Shown here: positions 1 through 8,656 of the stretch, piece after piece | How positions within the stretch are numbered: position 1 is the first letter of the stretch | Layout of the letters: each line of letters starts with the position of its first letter | Source of the DNA: Candidatus Latescibacterota bacterium | GTDB taxonomy: Bacteria > Latescibacterota > UBA2968 > UBA8231 | DNA length: 64,000 nucleotides | Assembly: GCA_965215195.1 (NCBI GenBank) | Contig: CBDCDC010000002.1 | Span: 3,328,001 to 3,392,000 of the forward strand | Direction of reading: 5' to 3' | Program-made: the position numbers and the translations under genes | Notes under the pieces: model-generated | What the model was told of the DNA's origin: nothing | The model's database searches: none | The model's input: only the letters and a program-made list of their open reading frames with translations

Positions 1-130
1 ACCGAGACAGCCGCCGGTGTTCCGGTGCCATCTTGCCCGTCCGGTTGTGGAACTGCCACGGCGGATCGGCGAGAATGGTCGAAAATTTCCTTTTGCCGAC
101 TGCGTTGAGCAAATCGTTCGCTGCGGTCAT
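1..130 (-). CDS. MT-A70 family adenine methyltransferase, 5' part (runs off window)
   Basis: Not in the ORF track. Manual translation from ATG at 130 gives MTAANDLLNAVGKRKFSTILADPPWQFHNRTGKMAPEHRRLSR, with the DPPW catalytic motif. Abuts the REase stop codon. Confidence 0.8.
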   Translation of the reverse strand, partial: MTAANDLLNAVGKRKFSTILADPPWQFHNRTGKMAPEHRRLSR

Positions 131-736
131 TCACTCATCCTCTACGTACAGCTTTTTCGAGATACCAAATACCAAGAGGGGACAGCCGCCACCTCCGCCT
201 CCTTCGATTCGCGGGAGCAACTTGCTCATGTGCGTTGTCGATGCCCCGTAAGACGGCCCTTTGTTCAGGGCATTGAAGAGGTACTGGAGTTCATCGCATC
301 GGGTGATGATGACGCCGACGCTGATAGCGCGAAGGTCGAAAAGCAGCCTGAAGTTATTCAAGTCCCGGTCGTAGAATGGATCCTTGTTGTTCCATTCTAT
401 TTCGAGAGCCACTCGATTGCGGAAACAATCGATTTTGTGAGTTGGCGCGTCGCGGATAGCTCCGTCTATTACGACCCTCGTCGAGAATTCCTTTTCTTGC
501 CAGTTTCTTTCGTATAGATATTTGTCAATGAAAGCTGAAATCGCAGACTTCCGGCCACCGGGATTTACTATCCAGCTCTTTTTAAGGCGAAATTCCTGCA
601 AAACCGAAAGGATGTCGTTCCACTCATCGGGAAAGTCCTCGTTCAGTATCGCGCAGGCGTGCTTCCACTCGTGGACTTCGTAGTGCTCGCGGATGAAATA
701 GGGCAGTAAATCCGTAGTCATTGCGAATTTGCGCAA
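131..736 (-). CDS. BglII/BstYI family type II restriction endonuclease
   Basis: THKID...VALEIEWNNKDPFYDRDLNNFR motif; GGGGGCP C-terminal motif; adjacent MT-A70 MTase. Start may be ATG 721. Confidence 0.85.
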   Translation of the reverse strand: MRKFAMTTDLLPYFIREHYEVHEWKHACAILNEDFPDEWNDILSVLQEFRLKKSWIVNPGGRKSAISAFIDKYLYERNWQEKEFSTRVVIDGAIRDAPTHKIDCFRNRVALEIEWNNKDPFYDRDLNNFRLLFDLRAISVGVIITRCDELQYLFNALNKGPSYGASTTHMSKLLPRIEGGGGGGCPLLVFGISKKLYVEDE

Positions 737-766
737 CCTCTATAAAGGCAAATTTTGGCTATAGAT

Positions 767-1117
767 TTACGCTGATTTGCGCTGGTGCCGTATCTGCACA
801 GTCCTGATGCCAGCAGGCCAAGCGTCCCAACTTGTAATGGTGCTGACGACAAACTGCGTTTTCACTTTTTTAGGTACATCGTTGTGTATGCGGAACAGGA
901 TTACGCCATAGGGTGCCGGCGCGTTGTCGCGGCAGATTAATTCCCCAAAATCCGTGTCGTAGGTTATCAGTGTGCGTTGTTCCTGCGTTCCCAACTCCAG
1001 TAGATTGGCATCTTCTTCACTTCTGTTGGTTGCTGTGGCCCAAAGTATGTCGTAGCCACAAGCACGGAGGCCATCTACGACATCCTTATCCACATCCTCG
1101 TCAACTAGTATTCTCAT
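767..1117 (-). CDS. DUF5615 family PIN-like protein (putative toxin)
   Basis: MRILVDEDV...D..LL......R.LITYDTDFGEL pattern; ATG at 1117 overlaps the DUF433 stop. Confidence 0.8.
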   Translation of the reverse strand: MRILVDEDVDKDVVDGLRACGYDILWATATNRSEEDANLLELGTQEQRTLITYDTDFGELICRDNAPAPYGVILFRIHNDVPKKVKTQFVVSTITSWDAWPAGIRTVQIRHQRKSA

Positions 1118-1470
1118 GCCCTTTCGCCGTCCATAATGGCGTCGAGGTCTTCCCAAGTAACATTGGACAACTTGGCACCGGTGGCCTTGTACTGTCGGCA
1201 AGCCTCAATATCTTTCTCGTCTATGAGCGGGTAGCTATGCATAATGTCATCTACGGTACTGCCGCTTTCCAACAGGTCGGTTATCAGTTCCACAGAGATG
1301 CGAGTACCTCTCACCGTGGGCTTGCCCGCCAGTATCTGCGGGTTGCAGATGATGCGATCCTTATAGAGTGTAGGCGAGATTTGCTCTTTATCGGCCCTAG
1401 CGCGTCTTTGCGAACGGGCCTGACGTGTAGCTTGTGCTTTCTCGCGCTTTCTCGCGATGCCCCTATCAAT
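1114..1470 (-). CDS. DUF433 domain protein (putative antitoxin), start uncertain
   Basis: Frame is open upstream of the GTG at 1314 and reads KDRIICNPQILAGKPTVRGTRISVELI (DUF433 signature). No in-frame ATG/GTG/TTG upstream of the signature before a stop near 1507; ATT at 1470 used provisionally. Confidence 0.7.
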   Translation of the reverse strand: MDRGIARKREKAQATRQARSQRRARADKEQISPTLYKDRIICNPQILAGKPTVRGTRISVELITDLLESGSTVDDIMHSYPLIDEKDIEACRQYKATGAKLSNVTWEDLDAIMDGERA

Positions 1471-1615
1471 CGCTCCTTGATATGGACGTAGAAATCGGCA
1501 GACATTTCAATCCGTCCTTTATTCGATTAAAAATCTGGAATCCAAATTGCTCCCCTATGGGGCTTCTGAATACAAGCTGTCTGGCGCCGTGGCTCTTACC
1601 GCCCGATGCAAGCGG

Positions 1616-2107
1616 TTAAAGCCTTAAATATAGGAGGAGCAGGAGGAGCGCGATCACAGTGGTAAAGCCGGCCTTGAGCAAAAGCTGGCCGCAGCGCTCC
1701 CAATCATAGCTCGGATCGGCCTTGAACTTGGGACGCACCACTTCCTTGAAAGCTACCTGAAAGCGCTGCTCATTGATGAGGCGGACGAGGTGGGGGTCGT
1801 AGTCGGCAATGGCCTTTAGGACCATGCGCTTGCGGCGCGCTGCTTTTTCGGCGCAGGCCCGCTGGGAGTCCTTGGCCGCGATCTCGCCCAGCGCGGTGGA
1901 GTCATCGGCGCTGCGAGTACTGGTCTTCTCCCGCGCCAAATTCTCGGCCAAGCAGCTAAGAGCTTCGCGGCTTTTTACGTTGTCTTGGATAACCGTATAA
2001 CAGGTATCGATAAAGCGGCTGAAATCCGCGAGGATCTCCTCTTCCGAAAGCCCCAGCAAGTAGGACTCTTCGATCATTTCTTCAATGGCGTCTTTGACGT
2101 CGGCCAT
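1616..2107 (-). CDS. hypothetical protein with C-terminal transmembrane anchor
   Basis: ATG at 2107 (MADVKDAIEE...); helical body; hydrophobic tail TVIALLLLLLYLRL. Confidence 0.55.
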   Translation of the reverse strand: MADVKDAIEEMIEESYLLGLSEEEILADFSRFIDTCYTVIQDNVKSREALSCLAENLAREKTSTRSADDSTALGEIAAKDSQRACAEKAARRKRMVLKAIADYDPHLVRLINEQRFQVAFKEVVRPKFKADPSYDWERCGQLLLKAGFTTVIALLLLLLYLRL

Positions 2108-2208
2108 AGCGCAAGCCCTGTAAATTAAAGGTGCAAAAGCCAAGAAGCGCCCACACCGGCACCCCGTTTCCATTTCCATTTTCACAGTACAGCATCGCCC
2201 CAAACATG

Positions 2209-3771
2209 TCAAGCAGACCGCGCCGCATCCACCATGGCCAAGGCGATTTCGTCGGCTATATCGCCCGCCCGCATTCCCCATTCCCCCAGCCGCTCAACCG
2301 CCCGATCCCCGGCCCGGCCGTGGACATAGACCCCGAGGCAGGCCGCAGCCTCTGCATCCAACCCTTGGGCCAGCAGCCCGGCGATGATCCCGGTCAGCAC
2401 GTCGCCCGACCCGGCCGTGGCCATGCCCGCATTGCCCGTGGAGTTGACCGCCACGCGCCCATCGCTCGAGGCCACGACGGTCGGCGCACCCTTCAACACG
2501 AGCGTCGCGCCGAATTCGCCGGCAAAGTCGCGGGCCACCGCTATGGGCGCGGCGGCAATCCGCCGCTTGTCCAACCCGCTCAAGCGGGCAAACTCGCCCA
2601 CGTGGGGCGTGAGGACCAGCGGTGCCGAGCGGCCCTTTAGCACATCGGCTTGCCCGGCGCAAGCACTAAGCCCGTCCGCATCCAAAACGAGGGGCAGTTC
2701 GGTTTGCAACACCAGCCGCCGCACCAGCTCCGCAGTCTCTCGATAGCGGCCCAAACCCGGCCCCAACGCCAAGACATCGGCCCGCGTCAACATAGCGCGC
2801 ACTTCGCCCAAGGCCCGCAGCGACAAACAGCGCCGCTTGCGCACTTCGGGCAACGGCCGGGTCATCACCTCAGAGAGCTTGACTTCGAGAATGTCGTTGA
2901 GACTTGCGGGCACCCCTAGATGGACGCGACCGGCCCCGCTCCTGAGCGCGGCATCTGCCGTCAGCGCGGCCGCCCCGGTCATGCCCACCGAGCCCGCTAC
3001 CACGGCCACCGCCCCGCAGCTTCCCTTGTGCTCATCGCCGCGGCGGCGCGGCACGAGCGGCCCCAGCCCCTCGGCGGAAAGCAGCAGGGCCTCGGCCACC
3101 GCAGTGCGCAGGATGGGCTCGGGGAAGCCGATATTGGCCAAGTGCAGCGCACCGCAATGGGACCGGCCGGGATAGAATAGCTGCCCGACTTTGACCAATC
3201 CGAAGGTCACCGTCAGTGCGGCTTGGACGACCGCGCCGTGAACCCTTCCGGTGTCGGCTTCGACCCCCGAGGGAATATCCACGGCCACTACCGGCCGCGA
3301 GCAATTGGCAATGCGCTCAATGACGCGCGCCACGGCCGGGCGGGGTGCCCCGCGCAATCCGGTTCCCAAAAGCGCGTCAATCACCAAGTCAGCTTCGCCG
3401 AGGGCGTCGTCGAGCCGGGCCAAGTCCTCGCCGAGCACTTCGACGGCACAGCCCGCCTGTTCGCAGCACCGCAAGTGCTCGGCCGCGGCCCCTTGCACGG
3501 CCGCACGATCGGCCGCGAGGAAGACGCGCACCGAGCCACCGCCAGCACACAAGAGCCGGGCCGCGGCAAACCCGTCGCCGCCATTGTTGCCCTTGCCGCA
3601 CAGAACCACGGCCTGCAAACCGGCCAAGCCATCCCAGCGCGCCGCAATGGCCGCAACTACCTCTGCGCCCGCCCGCTCTATGAGTTCGGCGCTAGATATG
3701 CCCGCCTCGGCGATGGTGCGCCGATCGACCGCCGCCATTTCGCGGCCCGTTACCAGTTTGGGCAAGTCCAA
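2209..3771 (-). CDS. nnr: bifunctional NAD(P)H-hydrate epimerase/dehydratase (YjeF/Nnr)
   Basis: GKGNNGGDG, DALLGTG, DIPSG (epimerase); HKG, GPGLG, LDADGL, TPHVGE, ATAGSGDVLTG (dehydratase). Confidence 0.95.
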   Translation of the reverse strand: MDLPKLVTGREMAAVDRRTIAEAGISSAELIERAGAEVVAAIAARWDGLAGLQAVVLCGKGNNGGDGFAAARLLCAGGGSVRVFLAADRAAVQGAAAEHLRCCEQAGCAVEVLGEDLARLDDALGEADLVIDALLGTGLRGAPRPAVARVIERIANCSRPVVAVDIPSGVEADTGRVHGAVVQAALTVTFGLVKVGQLFYPGRSHCGALHLANIGFPEPILRTAVAEALLLSAEGLGPLVPRRRGDEHKGSCGAVAVVAGSVGMTGAAALTADAALRSGAGRVHLGVPASLNDILEVKLSEVMTRPLPEVRKRRCLSLRALGEVRAMLTRADVLALGPGLGRYRETAELVRRLVLQTELPLVLDADGLSACAGQADVLKGRSAPLVLTPHVGEFARLSGLDKRRIAAAPIAVARDFAGEFGATLVLKGAPTVVASSDGRVAVNSTGNAGMATAGSGDVLTGIIAGLLAQGLDAEAAACLGVYVHGRAGDRAVERLGEWGMRAGDIADEIALAMVDAARSA

Positions 3772-3774
3772 TGC

Positions 3775-4515
3775 TCAAGCCTCCCAAGGGCGGATCAGTT
3801 CGCGCAGCCGGCGCGGAGCTTCGCGGGGCAGGGGCTGGCCCGTGTACTTGGGCAAGAGCGCGCGAAAGCCGACGCTGACCCACAAGGCCCAAGCGGCCAA
3901 ACCGCCGCAGAACAACCCCAACCCAGAAGCGACGCCAAGGCCCAAGGCCAAGCCTGCGCTCAGTAGAAAGACCAGCGAGAGCTTTACATTATCGACCGAC
4001 AGGAGAAAGCTGTGGCGCACGGTGGCCCACACCGACCCCTCCTGAGTGACCAGCACTGGAAAAACATAGACCGCAACCATGCCTATCAGCAGCAGGAACC
4101 AGACCATTAGCCCGCCCAAAAACACCCCCAGCCAGCCGCCGATCTGCTGGTAAAAGACCACGTTGGCCAGCACCAGCGCGACCGCCGCGACCATTAGCAA
4201 CCCCAGCGCGAGGGCGCGCCAAAAAAGCGCGCGGCCAACCGCCCAGAACTCCCGCAGGCCGAAGTCCCGGCCCCGCGCCCAAGCCGCCCCAGCGGCGAAT
4301 AGAACGGCCGTGGCCGGTGCGCCCAACAGCAGGGCACCGGCTAAGACAGCGGCCCCCACCAAGCCCAAGCCGCCGAGCCCAAATCCCAGTTGCAAAAGCG
4401 CGTAAGCCCCTCCGATCCAAGGCAGACTCAACGCGCTCCACAGCAGGTTGTAGCCCACCAGCCCGCCCAAGCGATCGTACGCCGTCCACAAGAAGCGTTG
4501 CAGGTTTTCGCTCAC
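3775..4515 (-). CDS. DUF624/YesL-like integral membrane protein
   Basis: Several hydrophobic helices, NLLW...PATA motif, YVFP motif. Confidence 0.6.
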   Translation of the reverse strand: MSENLQRFLWTAYDRLGGLVGYNLLWSALSLPWIGGAYALLQLGFGLGGLGLVGAAVLAGALLLGAPATAVLFAAGAAWARGRDFGLREFWAVGRALFWRALALGLLMVAAVALVLANVVFYQQIGGWLGVFLGGLMVWFLLLIGMVAVYVFPVLVTQEGSVWATVRHSFLLSVDNVKLSLVFLLSAGLALGLGVASGLGLFCGGLAAWALWVSVGFRALLPKYTGQPLPREAPRRLRELIRPWEA

Positions 4516-5750
4516 TGGACCTCCAAGCCGCGCAGCATAAACTCGGCGTACGTGCGGGCCGTCAACACCAAGTCGCGCACCCGTACGCGCTCATCCACTC
4601 CGTGAATGCGCTCGCCTTTTACGCCATAGCCAATGCCGGGCAGGCCGCCGGCAACCGCAAAGTAGTGCAAATCCGTAAAACCAGAGCTGAGCCGATAGCC
4701 AGCGGCGCGGCGGCGCACGGCTTGCACGGCCCGCGCAAAGGCCCGGGGCAGCGCGTGATCGGCATCGACGACGCAAGGCTCGATCCGCAAAGGCGCTGCC
4801 ACTTGGCAGGGTGAACCAGCGGCTTGCACCACCGCGCGTCTCAGCTCGCGCTCGACTGCCGCGAGCTGCTCGCCGGGCACTAAGCGGCGGTCGAGCGAAA
4901 AGCGGGCGCGGGCGGGCACGGTGTTGATTTTATCGCCCGCCCCGCCCGAGAACGTGCCGCCGATGTTGAGCGTAGGGTTGCGCACCTCGCCGTCAAAATC
5001 CACATAGCGGAGCTCGGCCGCGTTGAGTTGCGCCTTGTAGGCTTGTAGCTTTTGCACCACATCCGCCATGGCTTCAAACGCATTGACCCCCTGCTCGGGC
5101 CTAGAGGCGTGAGCGGCCTTGCCCGTCAGCTCGACCTCTAACCAGAGTACGCCGTTGTGGCCGCAGCCGACCTGCGTCCCGGCTGCCCCCTCGCAGACGA
5201 CCGCGAAGTCGGCGTTTACCAGCCCCTTGTTTACAATCCATCCCGCGCCCAATTGGCCGCCGGTTTCTTCGTCGGCCGTGAAAGAACATTCGATGTTGAA
5301 AGCCGGCTCAGCCCCCGTTGCCTTGAGCGCCTCCACGGCCATCAGCAACGCGGCGATCGCGCCTTTCATATCGCCAGCACCGCGGCCGTAGAGCGCACCA
5401 GCGGACAGGCCCGGCTCGAAAGGGTCGCCGAATTTCCACTGCCCGGCGCAGGGCACCACGTCGTAGTGGGCATTGAAATGCGCGGTCTGCGGCCGGCCGA
5501 CGTCCCAGCGAGCGATCAGGTTGTAGCGCGGGAACTCGACCGAGCCGAGCACGCGGCGCACCTCTTGGTCGGGGACGCGGTGGACTTTGGCCCGCAGGCC
5601 CAAGCCCTGACAGCACTCCAAGAGCGCGTCGGCCATCGCTCGGTAGTTCCGTCCCGGCGGATTGACCGTATTCACGCGCACTAGCGCCTGCGCACTGTCG
5701 AGCAATTGCTCTTGGTGCTCTTCGACGTATTGGTGGACCCTAGACTTCAC
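4512..5750 (-). CDS. M20 family metallopeptidase (ArgE/DapE-like)
   Basis: NAHYDVVP, GRGAGDMKG, ADEETGG, GKAAHAS, HGVDE motifs; GTG start at 5750 after GAGGAG. Confidence 0.9.
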   Translation of the reverse strand: MKSRVHQYVEEHQEQLLDSAQALVRVNTVNPPGRNYRAMADALLECCQGLGLRAKVHRVPDQEVRRVLGSVEFPRYNLIARWDVGRPQTAHFNAHYDVVPCAGQWKFGDPFEPGLSAGALYGRGAGDMKGAIAALLMAVEALKATGAEPAFNIECSFTADEETGGQLGAGWIVNKGLVNADFAVVCEGAAGTQVGCGHNGVLWLEVELTGKAAHASRPEQGVNAFEAMADVVQKLQAYKAQLNAAELRYVDFDGEVRNPTLNIGGTFSGGAGDKINTVPARARFSLDRRLVPGEQLAAVERELRRAVVQAAGSPCQVAAPLRIEPCVVDADHALPRAFARAVQAVRRRAAGYRLSSGFTDLHYFAVAGGLPGIGYGVKGERIHGVDERVRVRDLVLTARTYAEFMLRGLEVQ

Positions 5751-5761
5751 AAGCGCTCCTC

Positions 5762-7243
5762 TCAGAACGTGGTCTCCTTGGTCGTTATGGGGCACCAACG
5801 CGCCGCCGTCAAATGGTGCAGCAATACGCCTTGGGCCTCGGGCGTACCAATCTGTTGCAGGGCGGCCGTGCTGTGCCCTTGGACGTAGCGATTCTCGTCG
5901 CTGAGGGCCGCGGCCAACGCGTCTGTGGCGGCCGCAGCCGCCGGACCAAAGTGGGCCAGCGCATAGGCGGCGTTGAAGCGCACCTGCTCGTCCTCGTCCG
6001 CCAGCAGCGCGGCCAGCGCGGGCACGGCTTCCTCTCGATGCAGTTCAATGGTTCCGAGGGCCTCGGCTGCGTTGCGCCGCACCCATGCATCCGGGTCGCT
6101 GCATAGCGCACACAGGGCGGCCGCAGCCGCAGCACCCGCCCGCGCCCCCATGTCGCCCAGCGCGTATGCGGCAAAACCCCGCACGTGGGTGCGCTCATCG
6201 CCGAGGGCCGCGATCAAGGCGGGCACGGCCACCTCCCCGACCACACCGAGCGCATAGGCCGCGTGTTCGCGCACGGGTTCGCGCTCGTCGTCGAGGGCTG
6301 CAAGCAACGGACCTACTGCGGCCGCCCCCACAGCACCGAGTGCATAGGCGGCGTTGAGGCACACCGGCTCGGCCTCGTCGCCTAGCGCACCGAGCAGCGC
6401 GTCCAGTGCAGGAGCGGCCTTTTCCCTCAACGCGCCAAGGGCATTGGTCGCGGCGAGGCGTTGTGCCAATGTCCCTTTCAGCGACTCGATCAGTTGCTCG
6501 ATTTGCCCGTTGGCCTCGGCGCGACTTTGGCTGCCCGCGTGCCAATCCCATATCCGCGACCACACGACTCGGTGCTTGGTGGAGGGCAGCGAGCCGTTGG
6601 CCGGCCACTCTGCGCTCTGGATATTCCAACTGGGCCGACTCGGCTCGCCGAGGCGGGTGAACTGGAACTTCATCATGTAGCGATTGGCGTCCGTGCTATT
6701 GGCCATGGCCCGGTGCCACAAGTCAAAATGCACCAAGGTACAGGTGCCGGCTTCGCCGCAGACTGGCAAGTGGCGCTCGTCCTTCTCGTCGGCTGCGCGG
6801 TCGTTGTAGTAATGCGTACCGGGCATGACCGCGGTGGGGCCGTTTTCCAAGGTGACGTCTTGTGGGTAGTAGAAGATCATCACCCAGCGATTGCGGTGGT
6901 AGCGCACCTTGCGATAGCCCCAATAGCTGTCCTTGTGCCAGCCGCCGCCTTGGCTGCCGGGCCGATTGATGTGGCAGTGGCGGTGGACGTGCATGATGGA
7001 ATCCGGCCCTACCACCGACGCGAGCGCACCGCGTATAACTGGATCGTCAAAGACCTGTTGCAAGGCCGGGATGCGAGGCAGGATGTTGTTGCCGGGATTG
7101 CCCTCCTTGGCAAAGACCTCTTCGGTGCGCTGGTAGATGTCTTGGTGGAGGGAAACGGGCAAAGAGGATTTGAGCGTGAGATAGCCCTCGGCAATGAACT
7201 GCTGCATCTCCTCGTCGCCGAGGAGGTACTGAGGGTCTAACAT
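5762..7243 (-). CDS. PhyH-family Fe(II)/2-oxoglutarate dioxygenase fused to HEAT repeats
   Basis: WHKD (HxD), NGPT.VMPGTH, LWHRA motifs; C-terminal repeats of D....VR..AAYALG; ATG 7243 after AGGAG. Confidence 0.85.
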   Translation of the reverse strand: MLDPQYLLGDEEMQQFIAEGYLTLKSSLPVSLHQDIYQRTEEVFAKEGNPGNNILPRIPALQQVFDDPVIRGALASVVGPDSIMHVHRHCHINRPGSQGGGWHKDSYWGYRKVRYHRNRWVMIFYYPQDVTLENGPTAVMPGTHYYNDRAADEKDERHLPVCGEAGTCTLVHFDLWHRAMANSTDANRYMMKFQFTRLGEPSRPSWNIQSAEWPANGSLPSTKHRVVWSRIWDWHAGSQSRAEANGQIEQLIESLKGTLAQRLAATNALGALREKAAPALDALLGALGDEAEPVCLNAAYALGAVGAAAVGPLLAALDDEREPVREHAAYALGVVGEVAVPALIAALGDERTHVRGFAAYALGDMGARAGAAAAAALCALCSDPDAWVRRNAAEALGTIELHREEAVPALAALLADEDEQVRFNAAYALAHFGPAAAAATDALAAALSDENRYVQGHSTAALQQIGTPEAQGVLLHHLTAARWCPITTKETTF

Positions 7244-7317
7244 GAGAAGTCTCCTGAGATAGGGAACAAGGGCGAGTTCGGCCCAGAAAGTATCGCTGGA
7301 GGCCGGGTAGGGCAATC

Positions 7318-7896
7318 CTAAGCTAAGGGCCGCGCGGTCCCCCATTGGGGCAGCTTATTCAACAGGTGGCGCAGGGCCGCCTCTAAGGTCATCTCGTCCA
7401 TGTCCAGCGTCACGTGGGCTTGGTCAAAGCCGCCTTGGCGCTCGGCCAACAGCGGCCTCAGTTGCGCCGTACTTGCGGGCGGTTGCCGCAGCAGCGGATG
7501 CGGCCCTAGGGCTTGGTGGCGCAGCTTCCAATAGGTGCTGGCCAGCGACGATTTGAGGTACACCAAGGTCGCTTTGGCCAGTACCTGCCGGAGGTTGGCT
7601 TTTCTGAGCAGCGCCCCATCGCCCAAGACGACGATCCCGGGCGGACGAGCGGCCAGTGCTTGGGCGAGAAAGCGATCCTCCAATTGGCGCAGAGCGGCTA
7701 TGCCTTGCGTCTGCACGAGGGCGACCAAGGACTGGCCGGCCTCGTGTTCGATCCAGCGATCCACTTCAATGAGAGGCAGGCCGCTCAAGGCGGCCAAGTC
7801 GCGGCCCAAGCCGTGTTGGTCAACGCCTAAGAAGCCAATGAGGGCCACCGGACGCGGCAACAGGACCAGCGGCATAGGCTCGTAGTAATTGGACAA
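7318..7896 (-). CDS. shikimate kinase-like protein with degenerate P-loop
   Basis: D.WIE..AGQS, G...R.LE, LGDG, R...Y/F layout of AroK; Walker A position reads GFLGVDQH, without GKS/T. Confidence 0.7.
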   Translation of the reverse strand: MSNYYEPMPLVLLPRPVALIGFLGVDQHGLGRDLAALSGLPLIEVDRWIEHEAGQSLVALVQTQGIAALRQLEDRFLAQALAARPPGIVVLGDGALLRKANLRQVLAKATLVYLKSSLASTYWKLRHQALGPHPLLRQPPASTAQLRPLLAERQGGFDQAHVTLDMDEMTLEAALRHLLNKLPQWGTARPLA

Positions 7897-7901
7897 GGCG
7901 T

Positions 7902-7994
7902 TCAGCGGCTGTCTGGGCTGTGCCTGATACTACAGGCATCATCGGCGTGGCTTTGAGCCAAGGCGTCTTGGACAATTGAGGTCGGATCGCTCAT
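7902..7994 (-). CDS. 30 aa small ORF or gene stub
   Basis: MSDPTSIVQDALAQSHADDACSIRHSPDSR preceded by AGGAGA; stops 5 nt before the shikimate kinase-like start. Confidence 0.3.
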   Translation of the reverse strand: MSDPTSIVQDALAQSHADDACSIRHSPDSR

Positions 7995-8368
7995 GGCCTA
8001 TCTCCTAAACCTAAAATAGCTAAGTACCCGACCCCTCCTGTGGGTGCGTTCGTGCTTGATGGTAAGACGCCCTTGAATGCGAATGCGTTATCAATTCTTT
8101 TAATCATACTATTAATTTTATTGAGTTATATAGCCGTAAAATTGGCGGGCAGACTGCCCGCGCACCCGGCGGAAACCCTTTGGCTGAGCTCAGGTCGAAG
8201 CCTTAGTGTCGTGTACTAAGCTAAATAGTTAAAAGTCAAGCAGTTCCCGCTCTCGCCGGCACGTTCCAAATTAAACCGAGAATCTTTGCTGTATCAAGGC
8301 CGGATCGGGCGGATCGGCGTTGTCGCGGCAACGGCTAGATACAAGCTGTTTTCTTTGTATTTTTCTTC

Positions 8369-8397
8369 TTGACAACTAAACATTTGTTCAGTATTAT
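8369..8397 (+). promoter_or_regulatory. sigma70-type promoter with palindromic operator in the spacer
   Basis: TTGACA-17nt-TATTAT; the spacer holds the near-palindrome CTAAACATTTGTTCAG. Confidence 0.7.
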
Positions 8398-8430
8398 TGT
8401 TCGGGAAAGGAACCGGCTGAGGCAAACGCC

Positions 8431-8458
8431 TATTGCCGATATTGCCGAGTATTGCCGA
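8431..8458. repeat. 3x TATTGCCGA tandem repeat
   Basis: Copies at 8431, 8440 and 8450. Confidence 0.8.
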
Positions 8459-8656
8459 GCCGGCATGGGAGAGAGAACTTATCCCCTAGCCCCCTTCCTG
8501 CCTCGGCGCGTCAGGCGTTGGAGGCGGCCATGAAACAGGGGCCCTTTAAGAAGCCCGCTTGGATTTAAAGTATCGTCCGCCTTGGGTGAGGCAAAATCGC
8601 TAACTTGCCCAACTTTCCGTTCACTTCAATCATTATTATAAATAAAAAAAAATCCT

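Noticed and set aside
2131-7240. Long overlapping antisense and alternate-frame ORFs (also over uvrB, dnaK, the reductase and the FlgD locus)
   Set aside because: Expected shadows of GC-rich coding sequence; no motifs or RBS.
8146-8205. GCGGGCAG/CTGCCCGC hairpin and a REP-like fragment as an ncRNA
   Set aside because: Short, degenerate and not assignable to a family by eye.
8431-8458. Possible CRISPR or iteron array
   Set aside because: Only three 9 bp units with no spacers; no cas or rep gene nearby.
8530-8568. MKQGPFKKPAWI resembling the LipA N-terminal KPxW motif
   Set aside because: Too short, and the downstream frames show no convincing LipA similarity.
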